Below are positions 12,811-23,554 of a stretch of DNA of 64,000 bases, one piece after another; position 1 is the first letter of the stretch; the number at the start of each line of letters is the position of its first letter. The notes under the pieces are model-generated. The model had not been told where the DNA came from. It saw only the letters and a program-made list of their open reading frames with translations, and made no database searches. Origin of the DNA: Tubulanus polymorphus (lineage: Eukaryota > Animalia > Nemertea); contig NC_134032.1 in assembly GCF_964204645.1 (NCBI RefSeq), forward strand, positions 10,776,275 to 10,840,274, given 5' to 3'. Position numbers and translations under genes: made by a program.

Positions 12811-12944
12811 TCTTAACCGTTTTAAAATAAATGCAAGTTCATTTTTTACTGACTAAAATATTACCAAATAATATCTCGACCGCGTAACTATAGCTCATGA
12901 TCACAGAAAGCCTATCGATTCTTATGGAATTAAAACGAACAACG

Positions 12945-13183
12945 AACTGATCGGTCAAACCGCGACGAATTTTAACATCTAGCATCAACGGTTACCTCGA
13001 AAATTTAATATCTGATTAAAACAATTCAACTAAAACTACAGATTAACTGGAATAACTTTCTAGAACTGATCCGCCAAAACCACGGCGAATTTTAACATCT
13101 AGCGTTAACAGTTACCTCGAAATATTCAATATCTGATTAAAACAATTTAACTAAAACTAACGATTAACTGGAATAACTTTCTA
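12945..13183. repeat. Two-copy ~119-bp tandem duplication
   Basis: aactgatc...gaataactttcta occurs twice. Confidence 0.8.
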
Positions 13184-13599
13184 CAAAAAAATTGCGTCTC
13201 ACGAAACATTTTCTCTTTTTGAGAAAAGAAAAACACGTATTTAAAAACTAGCAAACGTAATAATAACATAAAACATCAAGCCTTGCAATCGAGCAAATTT
13301 TTATGATAAAATCAAATTTTGATTCAGTTAAGTTCACGCCGACACATTTAGCGTAGCCCGCTAAAATTGAACAGGAAAATCAACCACGCCATAACACACA
13401 CACAACCACGCATACTACACTGTCCATGAAATGCGCTGGTAATTTCAAAAATTTTCATAAAAAACAAATCACCGCGAGACATTTTCCCCATGATTTTTCG
13501 GTCTGACGGGTATAAAAAAATAATCACATTCTGGTCGTAAATCATGTAAAGCTCTTCGTAAAAAACATCAATGCACAGCGTACGAGAGCGGAGCAAAAC

Positions 13600-14052
13600 T
13601 AGGGAATCCCCCATGTATCAGGGAATTCCCTCAAAAATGGGGTTCCCGACTTACACCCGGGAAATCCCTACACTTAGGGGTTAAAGAATACCCCCTCCAC
13701 AGAACCAGAGAATAACCTTTCCATCGGGTATTCCCTAAAAAGGAATTCCCAGCCAATACCAGGGTATCCCCGCGACGAGGCACCAAACAGCGATCAGTCA
13801 GTGAACCAGAACGTATATCAGGGAATTCCCTTGAAAACAGGGATTCCCCAGCCAACACAAGGGAATCCCCTGCATTGAGGCATCAAACACTGATCGGTGC
13901 TACGTGATAACGTAAAAAAAAACACACAATGAATCGTTCAGACATGATACTCAGCAAAGCCGATGAGAGAATCTCTCCATACACCTGGAAAGAGCCTCCT
14001 ATCAAGGGGAATCCATCGTATCAGGGGGGGGGGGGGTGATCTGGGAGTTCCA
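13600..14052. repeat. Degenerate repeat of (a)gggaat(t/c)ccc palindromes in 3'UTR of exon 1
   Basis: More than 10 gggaatccc/gggaattccc motifs. Confidence 0.6.
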
Positions 14053-15038
14053 TTAGACTTGCAGCATATCCTTATGCATACGATTCATGTGCACCTCGAG
14101 ACCGGACGTGTTGCGGAAGCACTTCGTGCAGAAACGGCAGCTGAACGGCGCGATGCCAGGATGCGTACGCAGGTGCCGCGTCAAACTCGACTGCACCATG
14201 AACGCCTTGTCGCAGAACTGACACGCGTAACGCAGACGCGGATCGCGCGCAGGCGACGACGACGCCTTCACGCCGTACACGAGCTGCTGCTGCTGCTGCG
14301 CGACGGCCCCGTCCGCGTAGACGTCGTACTTAACGTCGATATCCGGGAGTTCCTCTTTATAATCCTCGTCGTCTTCATCATCATCGACGGCTATAGGCAC
14401 GGGATCACCGTCATCATCATCGCCGTCGATTACATCCCCGTAATCGTACGCGTAATCGACCTTCTGATTACCGCCCGAGGTCGTGCGACCGCGTGTGTTG
14501 TAAATGCGACTCGATGCCGACCCTTCGACCTTAACACCGAGCGAACCTTCGACCTTCACCCCCGACGACGATCCTTCGACCTTCACCCCTGACGACGGAG
14601 GCCGATATTTCTGCGGAGTCGTCGCGACGTTATTGTTGTGATAACTCGAACGGTTTATGACGGGCGGTTTTACCGGAGTACGCGCCGCCCGGCCCGGCGT
14701 GAGACGATGCGGGGAACGGGCGATACCGCCGGGCGTACGAGGAGACCGCGCCATTGCCTTCGACGGCGATGGATCGGGCGTCCGAAAAATCTTCGCGTCC
14801 GCCGGCGTTTTGCGATCGTCGTCGACCGCCCAATCGTCCGTCGACGGTTTCGCCGGTGACGACTGCACGTTTTTGATCTCGTGTCCGGTGATGCCGTAGT
14901 TGATGAACAAGCGGTCGCCGAAGTTCGGCGGCGTGCTCTCGTCCTCGACGATCTCGATGTCGTTATCGACGTCCGCCACCGGTGGCGCCGGCGGTTTAGC
15001 GTCTTCCGTCGCAGATCCCTCATTCCATCCGGCATCAT
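14053..15038 (-). CDS. Alternative terminal exon 1 (proximal); long S/T-P-rich and acidic linker + 2 C2H2 fingers
   Basis: Acceptor tattttgcAG (15040-15039), phase 1 in frame with ORF 14053-14979; three VKVEG repeats; CQFC..RHLRTH, CRFC..HMNRMH. Confidence 0.88.
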
Positions 15039-15105
15039 CTGCAAAATACGGATGGAAGAGGAGACTTAGAACAGAAGTTGCTGATGATGTTGTTGATGGC
15101 GGAGG

Positions 15106-15136
<31 letters not shown>

Positions 15137-16283
15137 TATAAATTAAAATCATTCCTTTAGATCATCTTTTGTTAGTAGCAACGGTAGCAAATATACATCG
15201 TTAATAGAAGCACCGTTAAAAAACTAGAAATAGACGGAAAATCTTGAAGTGCGAGACCTGATTTTCCATACTTTTTCCATAGCCATAGAGGAAAACAAGC
15301 AACAAAATTTCCATTGCCTTTTAAGGGCGTGCAAAAAAAATCGATTCCCATTTTTGAAAACCTTAGAAGACCCGTCCGACCCCTGTAAACCAATGAACAA
15401 CAAATCTCTCAGATAAGTCAGGGAAAAGAGGAGGATGAACAAGGGCAGATCCGAGAACGAATTTAATCATAGTACCAACAGTAAAAAGGCTGGTACTATT
15501 CAATCGAAAACGAGATATCCTCCGAGAAACACGAACAACTGCGATTATACCCGAACTCGGTGTAGGGTGATTCGTTAATGCAAAATCTAATGCGTCCGGC
15601 GCTACTATAGAAATAATCCTATAGATACTTAATGCAGGTAGGTCGAATACTATAGAAAAAATCCTATAATTAATACAGGTAGGTCGAACCAAGATGAAAA
15701 CCTGCAAAAGACATCATAAACGGGGATGAGAAGATTTTCAACCTGAAATCGTTCACCTTACGCCTCTTTAGTCTATCCGTTTTAACAATGACCCATCCGT
15801 CAAATTCTGTCTTTTAATTGACTACAATCTCTCAAACTCCACCAACTTTATGCACCAGTCGATATCTATGCTTATATACGCGCGTTCAAATTATCGAGAG
15901 TTCATTCCAGTTAATCGTATATGCAAATTCCGCACTGAGTTTCGTTAGAATTGAGGAAGATTTTAAAAAGTCGAGTAAATCTCGCGATTTCAACCGATAA
16001 CGCGTCGCTTTGTCGCGAAGAAGCCGTCGTCTGCCGCTGTCACACGGGATTAATACGCAACGCGCACATCCGTGATCGCTCCTTGATCAGTATTGTATGG
16101 TAGCGAACGATTCTCATCGTCGCTCCGACCTAGTGGCCGTGTGCGCACGCGGATCCAACTCGTGGTCGTCATGGCAACGATATGTCAGTCGCCTCTCTCT
16201 CTCTTTGTCTCAAGGGAGGCGTTCTTTGATTTTCCACCAGAACAGGTTAAATATCGCATGGACATATCGTATCTGATTAAAAG

Positions 16284-16315
<32 letters not shown>

Positions 16316-18595
16316 GGGGGTTCAACAAACATCGACCCACAATAAGACTAGAGTGCGAAATCGCGAATAACGTCTTTCGAAAAAATAGATACCTTTTTCT
16401 TGTTTCTGCTGAGCTTAAAAAGTTGACCCTGCCGGCCGCCTATATACCCCTGTATACATTACTTTCTTAAAAATTATGATCGAGCTTATCATAAAAGACG
16501 CGCAAGTCGTTATAGAAATGAACTGGTGACAAACTTCATTGCGGTTTACGTAAGTGACCCAGTCCATTAGGAGAAACTTTAAGGTATCATTTTTTTAGCC
16601 AGAAAAACGATTTTCAAGCCTTGAAAAATCGTTTATAGCGACTAAGTGATAATCCAGTTGTGTCCATCTGAAAAAATTTCACACGGGAAAAAAATATCAC
16701 GAAACTTCCACCACCATTTTGAAAACCAGCGAAACGCGACTCTTTCACTGTTTTCCGGACGACTTTCCCAGTAAGAGAAATGGTTCATATATTTTTACAA
16801 GTACTACTACACCAGCCAGATTTTTCTATCATTTCAGGTTGCCAAATAACCTGAAATATCTAAATAAATGCAGTGCAGGAACCCATTTCGGAAAAACTGA
16901 AATGGCCAAGGACTTCGGGTTGAAAATTTTTTAACCCGTTAAATATGTTGCGTTTTCGAACGCATTTCGGAACCAGGTCCACCGATATCATGACACTATA
17001 TGCCACGTACCAGTATCGAAGCTAGACATATTTCACTTAAATGACGGAACCTTGTGTTATAAATAAATAAGACCATCATCCCATATAAGATGAAATAAAT
17101 CTACTTTTTAACTGGACACGACAAACAATATCGGTTCATCGTTCCTCCGTATATATACCCTGCATATATAGATCGACACGTGCACGCTGGTCTCGGACGG
17201 TTCGACCGTACAAACTCGTCGAAATATATCTTACCGTTAATTCCCGACATTTCTCATTAAAAACACGCAACATATGTCTGTGAACCAAATGCCCAATGAG
17301 AATGAGAGTGAGAGGAAACAAGGAATGGCTTTCATAAACGAGAAATGAGGCATGGCTTATTCAGTTGTTCAGGGATAAGGGATGCGTTAAGGATATCTTA
17401 TCAACCATTTATAAGTTATAAGTCATGCGACTAAGGCAGTCTCAACCTCTACCACAGACTCAAATCTATGAATCATATTCAGATTAAGGATAAACAATTA
17501 TCACTAGACGAAATTATCTACCCTCGATGATTCACAACCCGTAGAGGGGCTGCGGCCCACCTCGACAGGGATTCGAACCTGATGGCATATCTACACTCAG
17601 CCACGGCGTGAAACCCTGCCGCACTCGACCGAGTGCGCAGGTACATAAGCAGATAATGTCATAATTGGCCAAACAGAAATCCCATAATTATTTAAGCCCA
17701 GGTTTTCTGATAGTTAACCCGTCAAATTTGCTTTCAGCGATAATACAACGAGCAATCTGATCGGTGCGACAGGGTGAAAAGAGAACGCAATAACTCGAAA
17801 TGGAGTGCCACACAACGCCACCAAGCAAACTACAATTACGCACAACAACCGATTTGCAAATAGCGATTATTATCATCCATCAGAATCGAATTAAGTTTGT
17901 TGATATTTGAAGATTTGTCTTTAACAACTGAACTTTTGACCTCCCTCAATGGTGCTTACATAGGCCCGCATCTGAGTGTGGCCACTTTCCGGCCATTTAC
18001 AAATCAAAAGTTTTCAATGTGATCAAACTAAATTCCCTGAGCTAACCAGTTAAGGAATACACGCGGTCAATAGCTCTCATCCAAACTCCCTCAGTTTTCC
18101 AAGGTTTTTGAGGTCTGCGGCCACCCAGTTATTAATAAGGGCAGGCTTAAATCACTCAGCCACTACCCCTATGAGGAAGGTCAGGACCGTTGTGTTAAAT
18201 CTTGAAATATCGACTTGAATATACTTTCGTGAGTGTTGTTGTCTGATCTAGGCGCATATTATTTCTCAACGGATTTTTTCGAAATTCTGGCATTTTGTAG
18301 GATAATAATCACATCTAAGCAATTCGAAGTGAGTCGTACCAATCGTGCCGATTTGAGGTTCAACAACCGATTAACTCGGCCTTAATCAAATTCACTTAGT
18401 ACTGGTTATGCTCCATGTAGCCTGGCTTCTCACTGGAAAGAACAGAGCTACAAAATACTCAGGAGCAATTTTCAGAGCACTATACGCAAAATCAGAAATC
18501 AAATAGAGACGTGTTTTTAATCTTTTCAATTATCGTCGGTTTTCATGTCTCATATTCTCAAATCCCAGTCATTGTGCTTTTACATTCAACAACAG

Positions 18596-18740
18596 GGCCG
18601 GTTGCATAGTAACGGCTTAGACTTAAGACCAGTCTTAAGGCCAGTCTACCAACTTGGTTCTATAGCCAATCTAACACCTTAAGACCAGTCTTAGAATTTA
18701 AGACCACTTTGGACTTAAGTCACGACTGTGCAACTGGGCC
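18596..18740. mobile_element. MITE, Harbinger/Tourist-like; same family as 41908-42045
   Basis: TIR ggcc(g/a)gttgca; flanked by cag on both sides. Confidence 0.75.
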
Positions 18741-19060
18741 CAGGACTCATTGCCACAGTCATGAGTTCACTATCGCGTTGAAATTATAAGCTATCACAAA
18801 AGGTTCAACTCCGACTTAAAATTTATTCAATTTCTTCATAAATCTAGTGTATCTTAAACGGATTTAGGAATTAGCTATTTTAGTGAAAATGGTCTCCCCG
18901 AGTCAGATCTTATCTCGGATCCGTGGAACTAGATCGAGAGGAATATATTTTCAACATCTCTGGTTATAAATTTTGAACCTCCCGCGCGATTAATACGACT
19001 CGTCCTCAGCAAAACGACGACGAAGAATCGAACGAAGGAAAATAAATCCGAGAAACTTAC

Positions 19061-20119
19061 CGGTCGAATGCGAACTAGGACCGGGCATCGGTTGACCCGG
19101 CGCGCCATGGTGGTGATGATGATGCCCCATCAACTGATTCTCGTAGCCGGCCATCATGCCCGGTTCGACTTTGATAATCTCGATCGGATCGTCGATATCC
19201 TCTTCGCCGTCGTCGGCGTAGTTATCCGCCGCCGTCGCCGACGAGTCGTGGTGATACTCCGGTTTCGGTTCGAATATCTCCGTGTTTTGTAACGGCGCCG
19301 ACACGTCCGTTGTCTCGCGGCTATCATCGCCGCCGCCACCGGTCGGTATATACGACTCGTAGCTACCGTCCACGGGCGGCGCCACCGTGCCGTCGTCCGT
19401 CCGTCGTTGCTGCTGCTCCGGTTTGACGTCCTGCTCGGAGTTCTTAATGCTCAACAACGTCGACTCGATCTCCTCGGTCGTGAACATTTCCGCCGACGGC
19501 CGCACGACGCCGCCCGCGTCGCCGACGCCGTGCGCGCCGGACACGCGGTGCTCGCCGTCCTCGGCGGCCGGCGATACTGACGGAATAGACGACGGAATAT
19601 TTGCGGCCGCCGCGTTCGGCGACGACGACGAAGAATGATTAGGCGAAGACATATTGTTACTGAAAGACAACTGAGGCCGGTGTTTCGGACTCATCATTTG
19701 TTGGTGTTGCTGCTGATGCTGCGGTGATGGCATCGACATGCCGTGTTGCTGCTGCCCGGTAACCGGCGACATCGCCATTTTTTGCGGTGTCGACGACGGA
19801 GATTTGCGCGGAGTCATTTTTTGCGGCGTCGTCTGTTGTTGCATGCCGCCCGGCGAGCGATTCGCGTACGGCTGATGGAGCGGTCGCGGTCCGACGGCGC
19901 CGCCGCGACCACCGAAGTTCATTTGCGCGGCGCGATTCTGCGGGGGAATCGACGACATCATCGCCGGCGCGGTGCCACCGCCTCGCCGACGTTTCACGGC
20001 ACGTAAAACGTTCTGCGCGACCGCTTGTTTGCGGTTCATGTCCAGGCGACGTTTCGGCGAGTTCTGCTGGTGCGGCATCGCGACCACCATGCAATCGTCG
20101 TCCGCTAATCCGCCTTGAC
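19061..20119 (-). CDS. Shared coding exon 2 of the C2H2 gene (basic NLS-like segment, Q/P/S-rich disordered region, IKVEP motif, His run)
   Basis: Acceptor cctcgacAG (20121-20120); strong donor CCG|GTAAGT at 19060, phase 1; matches ORF 18990-20090. Confidence 0.9.
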
Positions 20120-20697
20120 CTGTCGAGGGGCGAGAGAAAACAATTCATGTGTAATAGGACGCGACTTTGACCGTATCCAGCGAGGGTATTAGATTTTTCT
20201 TTGGGATACGTAGAACTCAAATGACAAGGTGGCCACTTATTTGCAAATTCCCTGATTTTTCCTTGTTATAACAGAAATTTCCTGAGTGAATCCAAAGAAT
20301 TTCTTCGTTTAAAATGCCGATAACAATTCATTCATTTTTCATTGAATCACGTATTGATAAAGAAACAAGTGGTCAATAATATATAGGCCTATCTTAATTC
20401 CCAAAGTTTTCTTATAAGTTTTTTCAGCAAGATTTGTCCCTGAGTTTTTTAATGTGAATCTGATTCCCATGAGTTTTCTATAGGTTTTCCAGGTCAGTGG
20501 CCAGGCTGTTTAATCGAAGATTCAATTTTGGTGCGCTATCCAGTGAGAAGGTACTATATTTTTTGTCAGGAAAGTTAAAATTGAAATGTAACCATCCCAA
20601 AAGAAATTTCTTAGCTTAGAGGAATCCTGAGTTCAGTTTCTTTTCCATGAAAAGAATTTGACCACTATATTCGTTTTCATGCAATAGTTATACGTAC

Positions 20698-20851
20698 TTT
20701 TAACAGTTTGTCTCCGCGACGACCAACGAAACCACGTATTGTCATCGACCGTGACGACGATTTCGTCGAGCCAATCCAGATGGCGCCGCAAACAGAGTTT
20801 CAGCTCGTCCTCCCGGACGTGGAGCCCGACTCCTTCCATGAACAACACCAT
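20698..20851 (-). CDS. Shared coding exon 1 of the C2H2 gene: 51-aa N-terminal module MVLFMEGVGLHVREDELKLCLRRHLDWLDEIVVTVDDNTWFRWSSRRQTVK
   Basis: NAGNAG acceptor TAGCAG at 20898-20893; in-frame TGA upstream of ATG 20851; donor A|GTACGT at 20697, phase 1, joins next exon in frame (TVK-S-QGGLADDDCMVV). Confidence 0.8.
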
Positions 20852-22099
20852 GACTCTTTCCTGAGTGTCTCTCGATCAGATGTAAATCTGGCCTGCTAGA
20901 AAAATATCAATACTCAATGAAAGCTCATGACTAAAAAGGAAATTAGCGCTCCAGGCCCATATTTTCCATTGTCGGTCATTTAAGTTTCAAGTGTTCAGAG
21001 TTAAAATTTGTTCATTTTCAGTGTTTGGCTTCGACAGTCCACCCTTTTTCTAAACTTTTAAGCCCTAATAGGTATTTTCCGAATTATTTGATATGGTATG
21101 ATCCTGTACGAACCTACCACACCTGCTTGAAGTGGTTTTGATTTTGAAAATGGAAATGGAATTTAAGCCCAAGTTGGGCGAAGTGTTGAATTTAAATAAT
21201 TATTCGCTTAAACCAAAGCACGCAAATAGAGAGAATGCATCCTCCCCCAGCAAGTATTCGAATTCCTGTTGGCTACGAGACACGCCACGGTACGAAACCC
21301 TGCCACAATAGACTGAATGTGCTGGATCACTCCAAGGATAAACAGTGATCAAATATTGGATTTCTATCTATCTTCTTCACTGAGATCCAAGGACATCAGT
21401 CGATCTGTCTTGTCAAACTTTTGCATTTGCAAATTTTGATATAGAAAATACTAAGTAACCATTAGCAACTAATCCAAAAAGCTCTACCGATTCAATTTTA
21501 GTAGTTGAATAAATCTGTCTAACCCGTATAATATGTAGGCTGGTAGATGAATGAAGTAGTTCCACAAGTGAATTTCATATGATAAAATTTATTAAAATGA
21601 AAGCACATTTCAACCGTCAAAAGCTATATCATCAAGTAAACAAACCAAATATTTTGACAAATACTACATTCAATAGCAACTGAAAATATGAGTTCTTAAC
21701 TCTATTTGAAACTGGACCATCCGCGAAGTCAATTAAAAAAATTAAGTTTCATAATAGGCCTAAAAGAAAAATAATTCATCATGCCTAAACTTGTACTGCA
21801 ATAAATAATTTCAAATTCTAAGTTATAAAATTCTAATGATCAATATTCCAATAACCCGATTAGAGCCTTTCAAAAACCTATTGAATTCGACATCAACAAA
21901 GAGGTTCACCTAAGGTTCATCGATTCAGGGTTCAATAATAATGGCGTCGACACAATGCACCCCGATGCAGCAACTAGCAGCCATGATGGCGAACCCAGAT
22001 GTCGTTTAGCCCCAGTTCAAAGCGCCCACTTCACACCCGATTTACAACCTTTTCGGCCCAGAATAAATCGCGAAATATGCATTAAATGATTCTCAATAC

Positions 22100-22330
22100 C
22101 TTCGACTGCGTAACTTCAATAATCGGGATCCGTTTTCGTCGATCGATCGCGAGATATTCCGGTTAACTCGAGCGGATAGTTCGGCAGATGCTGCGCGCCG
22201 TCGACCATAATTAACATGGAGCGCTCGTTCGCGGCGTCAAAACCTAGTACATCAACATAGGCGAAAAGACGCCGCGCACCGACGCGCCAGAACATCAATT
22301 AAGTCGCGTCTAAAACCAGAACTCGCGCTA
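22100..22330 (-). promoter_or_regulatory. Probable promoter and non-coding first exon of the C2H2 gene
   Basis: CpG-rich patch with TCTCGCGA-like motif near 22147; donor AAG|GTATTG at 22099; lies between the MED30 3' end and coding exon 1; 5' boundary uncertain. Confidence 0.5.
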
Positions 22331-23554
22331 ATTGATCAGTCACCCCTTAATACGAAACGTCGGTTTGGGGGATATATATACAATTTCGTTTGAATCATAT
22401 CATAATGTGTCATTATTTACCATCGCAGAACAATCAAGGTGCATCTAGGATTATTTTGAGGGGTGTTAGTAGCTGCATATTGAAAATGGTACTTAATTTG
22501 AAGAAAAGGGCTGATTAGGAATGGGCTCAACTGCAAAACATTGGTAGGGGTTTTGGTGGCCTTACCACCACAGAAAATTGAAGAAAAGAACAAAAAGGGG
22601 CTCTTCTGGACATTAACAGAGGGCATATCGATTCATTTTTTGTCTTTTTAAAATTTCTTTGCAAAAGAAATTGTTATACTTTTTGGAAGTCAAATTTTGA
22701 TGGAGTCCACCCCTAAATCCACCCTTGAAAGACCTAGCCTATACCCAGAAAGCCTCTTAGTTTAAGTATATGGTGGCATTTATGATGAAGGTACTCAAAT
22801 AACCTGTCTTATATTGGCTGCTATGATCATATGTTATGTTAGTGGAAGTTTCTAAAAGCTTAAAATCAGTTTTCCCAATTTAGTTAATTGTTGTAAAAAA
22901 TATCAATGCTCTCTTAATCCATCTACCGGTAAGCGCACTTTTAAGTCGCCCTGATGGCATTGTAGAGTGGATAACAGCATCGGGGCTGTAGATTACTTGA
23001 CCACTTGTGTGGGTTCAATTTGGACAGTCCCACATTACCGGGAATTAGGATGCTGTTCTACAGTTATGAGGATTTAATTTGACGGGATCCAGTTTCACAG
23101 TTGTGGGCTTTTAATTTGCACAATAGCGAAACCAATTTGCACAACAGTTTTGTGGGTTTAATTATCTCCTGAACCAGTTCTACGGCAAAACTAAAGAATA
23201 GCCTACTCCAAACACTCCGAACAAAATCCTTCCAAATCAAAAGCACAGCAATGCGTAAATGAATATCTTTATTTCATTTCAATTTCATCCTTTGACTTAA
23301 ATACATAAACCATAAAAAAATAAAATCCATTTTAAATGATTTTCAATCATGAGTTCTTACGTAGAAGACCAGACTGGCTAGGTCATCAAAATGTATCGGT
23401 ACAACAATTTCACTTGTCTCACGGTGGGCCCTGAGCCCTAGACTGTTTATATTCTAGAATGATCAGTTTCTACAAACTACATTCTGCGCACGCTGTAACC
23501 ATTACCTAAACCATCTCTCAGTTCCAAACTGCATCAAAAACTAACGATTGCGCA

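Noticed and set aside
297-14979. Nine independent small zinc-finger genes
   Set aside because: Several ORF starts are GTG/TTG or lie in intron sequence, and all have in-frame phase-1 acceptors matching one shared donor.
16286-16313. (CAG)n run as a coding polyQ/polyS exon
   Set aside because: Intronic microsatellite with no convincing splice or frame support.
16380-16455. Internal TATA promoter (TATATAGGCGGCC, minus strand) that could drive trans-spliced exons
   Set aside because: Sequence matches the MITE at 40898-41117, so it is a transposon fragment. A nearby X-box-like gtcgtcatggcaac (about 16165) is too weak alone.
18990-19060. Read-through, finger-less C-terminus of the shared exon
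   Set aside because: Strong GTAAGT donor at 19060; the short extension looks like intron. Intron retention cannot be assessed without RNA data.
15040-19060. Dscam-style single docking site complementary to all variable exons
   Set aside because: No shared selector sequence found by eye; not excluded without a systematic RNA-RNA pairing search.
13963-20220. Arg-rich antisense and alternative-frame ORFs over the ZF and shared exons
   Set aside because: Shadow ORFs of GC-rich coding sequence with no domain features.
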